From the NCBI RefSeq assembly GCF_963506605.1, contig NC_083288.1, positions 29,822,001-29,886,000 on the forward strand: a stretch of 64,000 bases of DNA, given 5' to 3'. Under the pieces are notes generated by a model. That model made no database searches, was not told the DNA's origin, and worked only from the letters and a program-made list of their open reading frames with translations. A program made the position numbers and the translations under genes. The stretch is from Zootoca vivipara. Its lineage: Eukaryota. Shown here in pieces: positions 36,941 through 49,504 of this stretch (position 1 is the first letter of the stretch; each line of letters opens with the position of its first letter).

Positions 36941-36983
36941 GCGTGTGTACGCAAAAATTCTCTATGCTCAGAAATGGAATGAA

Positions 36984-37320
36984 CACCCTGGAAATGATAT
37001 CTTTCAGCTTCTGCCTTCTGGAGGGGGGTATAGGGTCATAAAGACCAGGACTAGCCGTCTGAGAAACAGCTTCTATCCAAGAGCAATTTTGGTTTTGAAC
37101 GCAGCGAAAGGCAGTCTGTGAGTGAGGGTCTGTATTCAGTTGTGGGGTATCAGAGTTTTAGGAAGCATTAGAGATCTTTTAGGGGTTAATTATGTATAGT
37201 CGGGATGGGTAGTGAGTCAATATGCATTTTTTGATTGTAGTCTGGTGGTGGTTGTTGTAAGTTTGATGTAGATTTTCAATTTTGTTGTTCAGCATGGGAC
37301 AATGACAATAAATATTATCG
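36984..37320 (+). mobile_element. Rex1/Babar-like LINE 3' fragment
   Basis: HPGNDIFQLLPSGGGYRVIKTRTSRLRNSFYPRAILVLN then AATAAA; copy at ~47077-47400. Confidence 0.75.
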
Positions 37321-38260
37321 TATTGAGGAAAGAACTCCCTCAAAGGAAGAATGGTTAACGAAAATCTTGGAATATGCAAAGGTGGCAGAATTGATGGTAC
37401 TGCTAAAAGATACAGATTTAGAATCTTTTAAAGAAGACTGGTGTATGGGCAATCTATCTGCAAGATAACTGTATTTCAAGGAGTTAGTGATCTAATATGG
37501 TTATCGTTCCTGTCTCTGTTCCTTCCTTCTTCCCTATCTCATGTTAAGCTCTTTTATGGCTGAGAACAGCCTTTAATGTCCTAATCTGTTGGAAGGAAGT
37601 GATAGTGCTGGATACCTTCTGACCTTCTTTGATGTTGAACATTGTTTGGAGAAAGTGAGTCATTGGGAAGAGGGTGGCTAATAAATTATCTGCATGTAGC
37701 CAGTCGGGCAAGCTACACAGGCTATCTATAAATCAGGTGGTCTTGGGCAGAGTTAATGAGAAGCTTGTGCACAGAATGTCAGCCGCAGGGCTGTGCCAAC
37801 TAAGGCTACCCGGGGAGTCGCTTTGCCGCTTCTTGAGGGCTTCCAAGTGGCAGATTGAAGTGGTTGCTTCATAAGCTATATATTGCTTGCTGTTTAGAAT
37901 AAAATATTTAATCTTCTCATTCACCTGTGTTTTTTATTGCCTCTGAATATCAAAATAAAAGAACCACCTTGCATATGGCAAGACAACTGGAAACCTTTTC
38001 TGGTCTATATAAAAAGTTATTTCTCATATGTGAAGACCACAGCAGGGTTTGAAGTGTAAGAAAAGAGCAGAATATATATATATAAAACATGTTAGGGAAG
38101 ATGAAATTAGATAAGACAGAACCTTAAAATGCAATTGTATGCAATCTGAGTTATAAACATTGACGTTGGGTGAGCGGGAAGTCATTAGTTCTGTTGAATT
38201 AGAATATAATTGTTGAGTAACAAATGTAACTTTTAATACGGAAAAACGAACAGAATACTA

Positions 38261-38490
38261 CAGTGGTACCCGTAGTTAAGAACTTAATTCGTTCCGGAGG
38301 TCCATTCTTAACGTGAATCTGTTCTTAACCTGAGGTACCACTTTAGCTAATGGGGCTTCTCACTGCTGCCGCGCCACTGGCACACAATTTCTGTTCTCAT
38401 CCTGAAGTTAAGTTCTTAACCTGAGGTACTTACTACTTCCGGGTTAGCAGAAACTGTAACCCAAAGCGTTTGTAACCCGAGGTACCACTG
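38261..38490. mobile_element. Tc1/mariner MITE (duplicated copy)
   Basis: TA-CAGTGGTACC...GGTACCACTG-TA. Confidence 0.85.
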
Positions 38491-39537
38491 TACTACAAAA
38501 AAAGGAAGACTGTTGCCTTCCATTGCAATGGACAAGAAAGATGTTATATCAAGAGCTATACATAGTTCACCAAGTGCTGATTCTTGTATCATAGGTGCAT
38601 GCAGGACAAACACTCTGAACTATTAACATGAGCCAGGTAAAAGTCAGGAAAAAAACACAACCTCCAACTTTCCTCTGAAGAAAATAGTGGCATTTTCATC
38701 TGAGGACTTTTGGAGGGTATGCAACCACTGTCAGGTGCAGTGGTATAAGTGTGGCTTCAAATATTTTATACTGCTTTACTTTTCCATGGAAAGTTATTTC
38801 ATTCAACTTATTGCAATCAAAAGACCATGAGAAAAATACAGTAAAATTCAGATTAAGCAAAACAAAAAGAACAAAATAATTTCTATACCACCTTTCATCA
38901 ATGGATCACAGGGCTGTTTACAATATAAAAACACAAAAATACATAATAGAGTAACAAACAAAAACAAACACCAGACCCACTTTAAAAGGGCACAGATTGT
39001 TTCATTGGCAGAAGGCCTGGCCATCATAGCCCAAATTCACTTATGATGGGATCCAGAGACCAGAGCATGTGGAGGACCACAGGGTAAAGAAGGATATTTT
39101 AAGCACTACACCAAACGGATTCTCAAAATTTGCAATATAAGCAATATAACTATTCTAGATCGATTGAGAAAACTAAGCTAAATCAATTTAGTTTCTTCAA
39201 AGTTTCCCTATAGGATTTCCAATTTTCTATCATTAGTGTGATGATGATGATGATGATGATAATTTTTATATATACCTCACCCATCTGGCTGGGTTTCCCC
39301 AGCTACTCTGGGAGACTCCCAACAAAATATTAAAAACACGATAAAACATCAAACATTAAAAACATCCATAAACAGGACTGCATTCAGATGTCTTCTAAAA
39401 GTCAGATAGTTATTTATTTCCTTGACAGCTGGGAGGGCGTTCCACAGGGCGGTGACTACTACCAAGACTCTGCCTGGTTCCCTGTAACTTCACTTATCGC
39501 AGTGAGGGACTCACCAGAAGGCCCTCAGCGCTGGACC

Positions 39538-40548
39538 TCAGTGTGTGGGCTGTATACTGTAAACAGAATTTTCCTTTACAAGAGGACTGGAAAGGTTTTT
39601 CCTAGAGGAGTGACTCAAACCCAATAGCTTTGACAGACTATTTTTAATCTCCCTATTTCTCATGCTATAGATTACTGGATTCATCAAGGGTGGAACCATG
39701 GAATACATCACTGTAAATGCCAAATCTAGATTTGGTGAGGTATTAGAGGGAGGCTTGAAGTATGCAAAGTAACCAGTAAATACAAATAGGGCATAAACAA
39801 TGAGATGGGGAAGGCAAGTTGAGAAAGCCTTTTGCCTTCCTTCAGTAGAGGGGATTTTCAGCACGGCAGTGAAAATGGACACATAAGTTATGATGATGAA
39901 GATAAAACAGCCAATCCCAATGACAGCACTTAACACAAGAACTCCTACTTCAATTAGATACAAATCAGTGCAGGCCAGCTTAAGTAACTGTGGGGTTTCA
40001 CAAAAAAATTGATTGACTACATTGGAACAAAAGGGGGATGCAAAGGTACCTCCGGTGTGTAACACTCCATAGAAAAAGCTGCTGATCCATACACCAATAA
40101 TCATTTGGATATAGGCCTGCCTATTCATCAGCATCCCATACTGTAATGGTTTGCAAATGGCAACATACCGATCATATGCCATGACTGTGAGAAGAAAGAA
40201 GTCAGATCCCACAAAGAAGACAAAGAAGAGTACTTGTGCCACACACCCAGAGTAGGAAATGTACCTGGTGTTCATGAGGGAATTGAGCATGGATTTGGGA
40301 TTAATGACTGAAACTTGTCCCAGGTCCTGCATGGCCAAGTTCATCAGGAAGAAGTACATAGGGGTGTGCAGGTGGTGGTCAAAGGCTACTGCAGAGATGA
40401 TGAGAAGATTCCCTGTGACAGTTGCCAAATACAATGCCAGGAATATAATGGAATGTAGAATTTGTAGTTCCCGAATGTCTGAGAATTCCTGGAGGAGGAA
40501 TTCTGAGAAAGATGATTGATTATCCATGCTCTGCTTCTTCACATTCAT
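39538..40548 (-). CDS. Olfactory receptor, family 14-like (B-type copy 3, extended C-terminus)
   Basis: 336-aa ORF with OR motifs; 2-bp deletion removes the ancestral stop. Confidence 0.93.
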   Translation of the reverse strand: MNVKKQSMDNQSSFSEFLLQEFSDIRELQILHSIIFLALYLATVTGNLLIISAVAFDHHLHTPMYFFLMNLAMQDLGQVSVINPKSMLNSLMNTRYISYSGCVAQVLFFVFFVGSDFFLLTVMAYDRYVAICKPLQYGMLMNRQAYIQMIIGVWISSFFYGVLHTGGTFASPFCSNVVNQFFCETPQLLKLACTDLYLIEVGVLVLSAVIGIGCFIFIIITYVSIFTAVLKIPSTEGRQKAFSTCLPHLIVYALFVFTGYFAYFKPPSNTSPNLDLAFTVMYSMVPPLMNPVIYSMRNREIKNSLSKLLGLSHSSRKNLSSPLVKENSVYSIQPTH

Positions 40549-42491
40549 GTTGCTGTGGAAGGAAGCAGAAATAATGCTGTCGAGACGGTTACCCTTTTCA
40601 TTTAAGTTTTTGTTGCTGATGATGATGTTAAGTTATTGTAGCAGGCAGCAACGTCCTGAAGAAGTTATGATTTGGGGGGGGGGGGGCAATGAGCTCAAAA
40701 ATGATGATGATGGTGACTGTGAATACTAGTGCTTTTATTATTATTATTAGCAACGCAATTATGTTTGTAAGGTCATTATTGTTTGTTCATACCGCTGATC
40801 CATTATTTCCCTTAAGAGTTTGACTATTTAAAGGAGTTAGATGCCAAATATCCCACTTTCTGCTGACTGAATCTTTTGAATGTGGATCAGATTCACATGC
40901 ACAATAATGTTGTCCAAGACCAGTCAGTACTTGCCAGATATTCTGTCCCCCCCCCAATATAATGCCATACATAGCTCAATTGTAGAAGGCAAAAGGCCAT
41001 TTCATTATTTATTAGAAACCATGATGACAGCGTGAATCTGACATGAGCTAACACATCACAGTTAATAATCATCATCTTTAACATCCTGCTAATTACTAAG
41101 GAGGGCCTTTACTATTTCTTTGTTTCTCTTGATTTCTCAACAGGGACAGATGCTTGGTAAAACTGCAGTAAGCTTCTGATTTAATGCGAAAGCTCCCAGC
41201 TTAGGGAAAGAGCACATGTTTCCTCAGATCAGGGTCTGGTATCTCCAAGGAGGACTAAGAAAGACCACTGCCTCACATCCTGTGGAGCTGCTGCCCATCA
41301 GGGTAGCCCACCTTTCCCCAACCTAGTGCCCTCCAGATGTTTTGGACTAGAACTTCCTAAGCACTGACATGGCTGCCTGGGTCAAATGAATTGTAGTTCA
41401 AAACCTAAGGAGGGCAGCAGGTTGAGGGAGGCTGATACACATAAAAACATAGGTGGCCAGTTTATACTGGGTCAAAACCAGTGGTTCATCTAGCTCAGTT
41501 TTGACTGCAATGAATGGCAATGGCTTGCTGGTTATCAGACATTATCCCCCACCCACCCACCCTATCTGAAGATGCCTGGGATCTTCAGAATACAACAAGG
41601 GTCCTCCACCTCTGAGCTGCAGACCTTCCCCACTGGCAATGCTGAGGTAGAGGTACCAATGGTGTGACTCAGCATGTGACAATGGTTGCCTCCTTTCCAC
41701 TGGATGGAAGGTTTTGAAAGAATGGGAAAGAAATTGGTGTCCAACCAATTGCTGCAGATGAACAGTGATAGAAATATGAAGGGTAATATGGACAGAGGGA
41801 AGTCTGAACTTGTAACAGCCCAAAGGAAAAAAATAACATGTGACAGTTACAATTCAAAAGTAAGAGGGAGAAGATATCATAGTAAAATACACATCATATA
41901 ATCATCAGCTAGGTGGAAACGAAAATAAGTACTAAAGAAAAACAGCAACGTAGGCTTCGCAGAGTATAATGTGAAGCTGCACCACAATTGCCACAAAATT
42001 ATCCAGGCAGTCACAGTATTATTTCAGTTAATATTTGCCCAGGATATACAAAACCTTTCCCCTTAATATTTGACAGGGTTCAACATCACCAGGGTTTTAA
42101 GAAATAAAAAATAAAAACTCCTGTTTTTTAAAAAAAACTCCTCAGATATTTTCCCAGATGAGAAATATGGATATTCAATGTAAATTTGAATTTACATTCT
42201 ATTTCAAGTGACTAGTCCTATCGCCAACTGTATACCTCTGAGTTAGAAATCTACAGGAGATTCATTCAATTTATGTTGCAATTCACTTCCTAGTTATGAA
42301 AACATCTGAAAATATCCCGAAAATAGATTCTATACATGTTGATGTACCTTGTATTATGCCAGATTCATGAACAGAGGTAGAGAGTTCCAGGAGAGAGTGA
42401 CTATTGGTGCAGGAGACAATATGACAGATAGAGATGGCGAAGGGAGGGTGACCGGTTCATTTCTTTCATTCAGAAAATCCAAAGAAAGTAT

Positions 42492-42755
42492 CTTACTATT
42501 TTTCTTCATTTTCTTTTACTTCTCCAGTGCCATTAAATGATTAGATGCCACTCCAGGCAAACATGCAATTTTATAAGATTCCACTTGCATTGGTATCGAT
42601 TAGGACAATAAACATTTATCAACATGGGGAAGAAATTGATTAATATATCTTCTGTCTTCCTAGAGATTTGTTCTCATGGGAATTCAACACATCTCAGCAT
42701 TAGGGTTGTACAGAAACAATGATATATTTTGGTCAGTTTTGCTAATTTGATTAGG
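42492..42755 (-). promoter_or_regulatory. Putative OR promoter and first exon (B3)
   Basis: GTAAG donor 42492-42496, TATAAAA 42569-42575, O/E 42672-42681. Confidence 0.65.
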
Positions 42756-43134
42756 AAAGCCTGTTTGTTTAGAGTATCAGGTGAATAACGAGACTAAGAG
42801 GGGAACTAATCATTCCACTACAATTTTAGCAAATGTACTCATTTGCATGCAATTCTTCAGGCATGGAGAGCTCTAATTGCCAGTGTTAATGATGAGCAGC
42901 ACCACATAAAGCCTTGTGTCACAGGGCAAGGTGGTGAATAAATCACACAGTTCAAGCTAGAGTTAACTCTTTATTAGTGAGACAGACCTGAGTTTCATGC
43001 CTAATGACCACAACAGTTCATGACTGACTCCATGAAATCAGCAGTTCTGACTCCATGAAATCAGTTGCCCACACTGAAAGTTCCTGCCTCCCCACAGCTC
43101 CCTGTGTCTCCTTCTCGCCAGGGCTCCTTAAAAA

Positions 43135-44007
43135 GTGCATTATCTTATAAAAGATAATGTGGGTTGCGGAAGAGCTGGGAGAAGTCCTCTTGGTTTGGGG
43201 GTGGGCTGGCTGAGGCAGGCTGGTGGGGCGTGACAATGACTATTGTCCAGTTGATTGACAGGACGGCTCCTATATATTCTAAGTCCCTTTCATTTTTGGT
43301 CACTCTCGCTGGCGTTTTTGAATCTCCCTCCCACCCGCCGCGTGTTTAAGAAGGTGTTAGCCTGACGTTGCTTTGCCTCTCACGGGGTCGCCTGTATTCA
43401 AGGGCCCAGTAGGAATTTTGCCATTTGGCTGTTTGGCTTTTGCCACTTGGTTTTTGCCTACTGCTTAGCAAACTGTCACGACTTGTTAGGTTGGCGGTTA
43501 GGCTTTTGGTTAATTAATTTGGTTGGAGGAGGGGTGTGGCATCTATATGCCTACCCTCTTCCTAACGTTGCTCCACATAGAAGTATTCCGTTAAAGGAAT
43601 CCTGGGGTTCTCGGCTCTAGTCCTTACATTCCCACCATAGGCGGGGCTGAGGGGCCATTGCAGAGTTTGAGCCTTGGGGAACATTCCTAGCGAGAGGGGA
43701 GAATGCCTGGGCACAGCTACCTCCTTTCCCATGGGGTGTTTACTTTACTTGCCCGATCCCATGGGAAAGTTGGAGCTGGTCCTGTCCCTAGTGGACAGAT
43801 GGAATTGGTGGTCCTGTCCCAAGCGGGGCAGATGGAAATTGGTCCTGTCCCAAAGATGGGGGCAGATGGTTTAACCAAAAGCCTAAGCCAACACTCAATT
43901 TAAATTGTATTTAAATAAAGTTGTGGCCAAAACAATGCCAAAAACCCAAACCTAAAATATGTGTCTGTTGTGAGTTATTTGGGGGATTTCAGTCAGCCTC
44001 GTCACGC
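43135..44007 (+). mobile_element. Non-coding insertion, probable solo terminal repeat of a DIRS/Ngaro element
   Basis: Absent at paralogous site ~12381; only AAA repeated at the ends; shares AATAAAGTTGTGGCCAA with the Ngaro 3' end (36421); TATA-like TATATA at ~43271. Confidence 0.6.
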
Positions 44008-44150
44008 AAACAATCAGAGATTGCACCTGCATGTACCCTGCCTTTGCTCCTCCTCTCCTGGTTCTGGGAGTAAGTGAGGAGGGGATCCTGCTGCCAAGCT
44101 GATGTCAGCCATGCACGCCACACGATGTGCTGACATCAGTTATGAGTGCC

Positions 44151-44588
44151 CGTTTGCTTATTCATCAGCATCTCATATGGTAATGGTTTTTAAATGGCAA
44201 CATACCAATTGCATGTCAAGGCTGTGAGAAGAATGAAATCAGGTATTGAAAAGTTGAGACAGAAGAGCACTTGAGAAACACACCCATAGTAAAAGGAATA
44301 AATAAATGTGCCTGGTGTTTATTAGGGAATTGGCCATAGATTTGGGGATACCGGCTGAAACTTGGCCCAGGTCCTGCATGGCTAAATTCATGAGAAGGAA
44401 GTACATGGGGGTGTGGAGGTGGTGATCAAAGGCTGCTGCCTAGATGTTGAGACGATTTCCCACAACTGCTGCCAGATAAAATACAAGGAATAGAAAATAT
44501 ATATAGAAGCTATAGCTCCCAGACCCCAGAGAATAAATTCTGACAGAGGATTAACTATGCTGTGCTCCTTCATATCCTTATTGCCCAT
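44151..44588 (-). pseudogene. OR pseudogene P1, copy 3
   Basis: Paralog of 12522-12974. Confidence 0.85.
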
Positions 44589-44739
44589 GGATAGAAGCAG
44601 AAGGGCATGTTAAGAAATCTAAGTTATTTTAGGAAAAGAAAATAAGAGGAGGAGGAGGGGGGAAAGAAGTGGAAGGAGGACTCTGAATATTTTCACTACT
44701 GTTATAAGCAATTCTTGCAAACTCATGTGAATGGTGCTG

Positions 44740-45185
44740 AACAACTCCAATTTCAATGAGGTACAAATCAGAGCAGGCCATCTTAAGTAAATGTGGGATT
44801 TCACAGAAAAATTGATTGACCACATTGGAGCAAAATTTAGGTACAAAGCTACCTCCGGTGTGTAACACTCCATAGAGAAAGCTGATGATCCATACAATAA
44901 CAATCAATAATATCCGTTCTCATGAGGGAAATTGTCATGGATTTGGGGATAATGACTGAAACTGAGCCAATGTCCTGTATAGCCAAGTTCATCAGAAAGA
45001 AGTACATAGGAGTGTGCAGGTGGTGGTCAAAGGCTACTGCATAGATTTCCTGTAATTGTAGCAAGATAAAAAGCAAGGAATCCAAAGAAGTGTAGAATCT
45101 GCAGCTCCTGAATCTGTGAGAATTCCAGCAGATAAAACTCTGATGAAGCAGATTGATTAATTATTCTTTCCTCCTTGACATACAT
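44740..45185 (-). pseudogene. OR pseudogene P2, copy 3
   Basis: Paralog of 13121-13719 with the TM3/DRY region deleted. Confidence 0.88.
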
Positions 45186-45232
45186 GCTGCCTCTGGAAGG
45201 TAACAGAAGAGCAGGTGTTAAAAATATAAAAA

Positions 45233-45271
<39 letters not shown>

Positions 45272-45558
45272 ATTCTTTTAGAATAAGGCAATGTTCTGAG
45301 GAAGAAAAGCTGATGTTGATGACTGTGAATATGTGTAATGTATTACTAGAAATGGTGCTTGCAAACTCATTGTACCATAGTAGTTTGATGTGACTAAGGC
45401 ACAATCACATTTAACAGTTTGAAGGTTTCATAATCAGCTGCCAAATATCCCACCTTCCAGTGACCGAGTCCCTGAGGGTGTAAACTTGAGTCACATTTCA
45501 CACACCTAAGAATGTTGTCCGCATATAGAGGGCTTGGGAGGGGCAGGTGGAAGGAGGA

Positions 45559-45630
45559 TTCTGAGAATTCTAGGAGGAGAAATTCTGAGATAGATGATTT
45601 GTTATGCATGCTCTGCTTCTTCACATTCAT
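45559..45630 (-). pseudogene. OR N-terminal fragment P3, copy 3
   Basis: MNVKKQSMHNKSSISEFLLLEFSE. Confidence 0.8.
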
Positions 45631-45900
45631 TTTGCTAATGAGCAACAACACTCATTGGCAAAGAGTGCCTCTTAAACCCAGCACCTGTGGGATAAGTAAT
45701 AACTGCATGCCTGAATGTTCCTGATGCTTTTGCACTGCACCCAGATGGATTTTCTTCACATTTTATCAACCCTTTGTAAAAAGAGCTTCCTTGTGCCTAT
45801 ACTCTAATGGGTTAAAGTATGAATGAAACTATCAAAGCAAGTCCCACCTGCATGTCACCTCCACATGAGTAGTTTTATAAGGAATTTTGAGTAGAGACAT

Positions 45901-46051
45901 TAGGGTTGCCAGACTCAGTAGTGGACAGGACTTTCTGCTTGGAAATTAAACAAAGGGTCTGCTGGTTTCTCTTTAAGGTTTCCAGACTCAAAAGAGAGCA
46001 GGGGAATTAAAGGTACAGAAGTCCTGTCCACTATTGAGTCTGCCAACCCTA
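45901..46051. mobile_element. hAT (Tip100-like) MITE
   Basis: TIR TAGGGTTGCCAGACTCA...TGAGTCTGCCAACCCTA; TSD AGAGACAT/CGAGACAT; empty site at ~20781. Confidence 0.85.
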
Positions 46052-48343
46052 CGAGACATAAATGTGCCTAGTTTTTATGTGCACATTGTTAACCCTTGTA
46101 TCCACTAAAGAACTCTCACCAAGAAATAACCAAAAGATTATAAGATAAAGATTGGTTTATTCAAGGAAGATATGAACAACTCCAGACATTACATTGCAAG
46201 GTCAGCAGGTGCTGATGGCAACCAATCACTGGTACATCCATCCTCTCCCATCTAGAGATGAAAGTGATCCTAGCCCTCTGAAATGTTAAGGGGTGAACAT
46301 AACCAGTAGATCGTAGTGGAAAAGTTATGCCTTATGCTGCAGACAGGCAAGAATCAGAGTTCAAGAGTTTATCACTGTGAGTTTACCATTGTGAGTTTAT
46401 CACTGCCCATCTCTTTCTCCTTCGATCTGTCAGGCAATAGCCAATAGCAATCTCTCACTTTCTCTGGTCCAAAGCTCAAAGGACTACAGAGTATTGTGTA
46501 GAGGAATGCATTGGAGCAAAGAGTGCCCATTTACCTTTAGGGAGTTCCAATATGCTTCCAGGTCTTACTATATTACAAGGGTGAGGGGAATGCTAATAAA
46601 CAAAACTGAAAAGAAAAGGGTATGTGTGTGTGTGTGTGTGTGTGTATATATGCAAATTATTCTGCTATTTATATGGAATGAAGCTGGGATGAAGATTAGA
46701 ACGTCTGAAATGCTGAGCATGGGAATTTTTATCTTCCTTGTTTGTACGTCATAAATTTAAGGAAAATGCAATCCTCAGTGTTTCTGTGCATCAGACTTCC
46801 TTTCAAGGTTAATGGCTATCCAATTTTTGCCCATCAGTTTGCAATGCGTTCATCTGATCCTCCCTGGCATTTGGAGTTACGAAGTCTGTTGCTTTCTCAA
46901 ATGATTTTTGGGACATAATGAAATTAAGAAAAAAATTAAAGTGTCTTTTGCCAGGAGGCAGTAATCCTTCCTGCTGGGGATGAAGACAGCGAAATCCTAA
47001 AGAATCCCTCAATGTTATTTATACTGTATATGTGACTCCAGCAGCAAAGATACTCTGTGCTCAGAAATGGAATGAACACCCTTGAAATGATCTCTTTTAG
47101 CTTCTGCCTTCTGGAAGGGGGTATAGGGTCATAAAGACCAAGTCTAGCTGCCTTAGAAACAGCTTCTATCCAAGAGCGATTTCGGTTTTGAACGCAGCGA
47201 AAGGCAGTCTGTGAGTGAGGGTCTGTATTCAGTTGTGGGGTATCAGAGTTTTAGGGAGCATTAGAGATTTTTTAGGGGTTAATTATGTATAGGCGGGATG
47301 GATAGTGAGTCAATATGCATTTTTTTATAGTAGGCTGCTGGTGGTTGTTGTAGATTTTCAATTTCGTTGTTCTGCATGGGACAATGACAATAAATATTAT
47401 CGTATTGAGGAAAGAACTCCCTCAAAGGAAGAATGGTTAATGAAAATCTTGGAATATGCAAAGGTGGCAGAATTGATGGCACTGATAAAAGATACAGATT
47501 TAGAATCCTTTAAAGAAAGCTGGTGTATGGGCAATCTATCTGCAAGATAACTGTATTTCAAGGAGTTAGTTATCTAATGTGGTTATCGTTCCTGTCTCTG
47601 TTCCTTCCTTCTTCCCTATCTCTTGTTCAGCTCTTTTATGGCTGAGAACAGCCTTTAATGTCCTAATCTGTTGGAAGGAAGTGATAGTGCTGGATACCTT
47701 CTGACCCTCTTTGATGTTGAACATTGTTTGGAGAAAGTGAGGCATTGGGAAGAGGGTGGCTAATGAATTATCTGCACGTAGCCAGTCGGGCAAGCTACAC
47801 AGGCTATCTATAAATCAGATGGTCTTGGGCAGAGTTAATGAGAAGATTGTGCACAGTATGTCAGCCGCAGGGCTGTGCCAACTAAGGCTACCTGGGGAGT
47901 CGCTTTGCCGCTTCTTGAGGGCTTCCAAGTGGCAGATTGAAGTGGTTTCTTCATAATCTATATATTGCTTGCTGTTTAGAATAAAACATTTAGTCTTCTC
48001 ATTCACATGTGTTTTGTATTGCCTCTGAATATCAAAATAAAAGAACCACCTTGCATTTGGCAAGACAACTGGAAACCATTTCTGGTCTATATAAAAAGTT
48101 ATTTTTCATATGTGAAGACCACAGCAGGGTTTGAAGTGTAAGAAAACAGCAGAATATATATATATAAAAACATGTTAGGGAGGATGAAATTTGATAAGAC
48201 GGAACCTTAAAATGCAATTGTATGCAATCTGAGTTATAAACATTGACGTTGGGTGAGCGGGAAGTCATTAGTTCTGTTGAATTACAATATAATTGTTGAG
48301 TAACAAATGCCACTTTTAATACGGAAAAACGAACAGAATACTA

Positions 48344-48569
48344 CAGTGGTACCTCTAGTTAAGAACTTAATTCGTTCTGGAGGTCCATTCTTAACGTGAA
48401 ACTGTTCTTAACCTGAGGTACCACTTTAGCTAATGGGGCCTCTCACTGCTGCCGCGCCACTGGCGCGCAATTTCTGTTCTCATCTTGAAGTTAAGTTCTT
48501 AACCTGAGGTACTACTTCCAGGTTAGCAGAAACTGTAACCCAAAGGGTTTGTAAGCCGAGGTACCACTA
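48344..48569. mobile_element. Tc1/mariner MITE (duplicated copy)
   Basis: Same element and flanks as 7013-7237. Confidence 0.85.
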
Positions 48570-49504
48570 TACTACAAAAAAAGTCAGGGAAAAAAACACA
48601 ACCTCCAACTTTCCTCTGATGAAAATAGTGACATTTTCATCTGAGGACTTTTGGAGGGTATGCAACCACTGTCAGGTGCAGTGGTGTAAGTGTGGCTTCA
48701 AATATTTTACACTGCTTTACTTTTCCATGGAAAGTTCTTTCATTCAACTTATTGCAGTCAATAGACCATAAGAAAAATACAATAAAATTCAGATTAAGCA
48801 AAACAAAAAGAACAAAATAAGTTCTATACAACCCTTCATCAATGGATCACAGGACAGTTTACAATATGAAAACACAAAAATACATAATAGAGTAACAAAC
48901 AAAAACAAACACCAGACCCACTTTAAAAGGGCACAGATTGTTTCATTGGCAGAAGGCCTGGCCATCATAGCCCAAATTCACTTATGATGGGATCCAGAGA
49001 CCAGAGCATGTGGAGGACCACAGGGCAAAGAAGGATATTTTAAGCACTACACCAAACGGATTCTCAAAATTTGCAATATAAGCAATATAACTATTCTAAA
49101 TCGATTGAGAAAACTAAGCTAAATCAATTTAATTTCTTCAAAGTTTCCCTATACTATTTCAAATTTCCTATCATTAGTTTAATAATAATAATATACCTCA
49201 CCCATCTGGCTGGGTTTCCCCAGCTACTCTGGGAGGCTCCCAACAGAATAATAAAAACACAATCAAACATCAAACATTAAAAAAATCCCTAAACAGGACT
49301 GCATTCAGGTGTCTTCTAAAAGTCAGATAGTTATTTATTTCCTTGACAGCTGATGGGAGGCTGTTCCACAGGGCAGGGACCACTACCAAGAAGGCCCTCT
49401 GCCTGGTTCCCTGTAACCTCACCTATCGCAGTGAGGGACTCACCAGAAGGCCCTCAGCGCTGGACCTCAGACTTTGGACTGTATACTGTATACAGAATTT
49501 TCCT

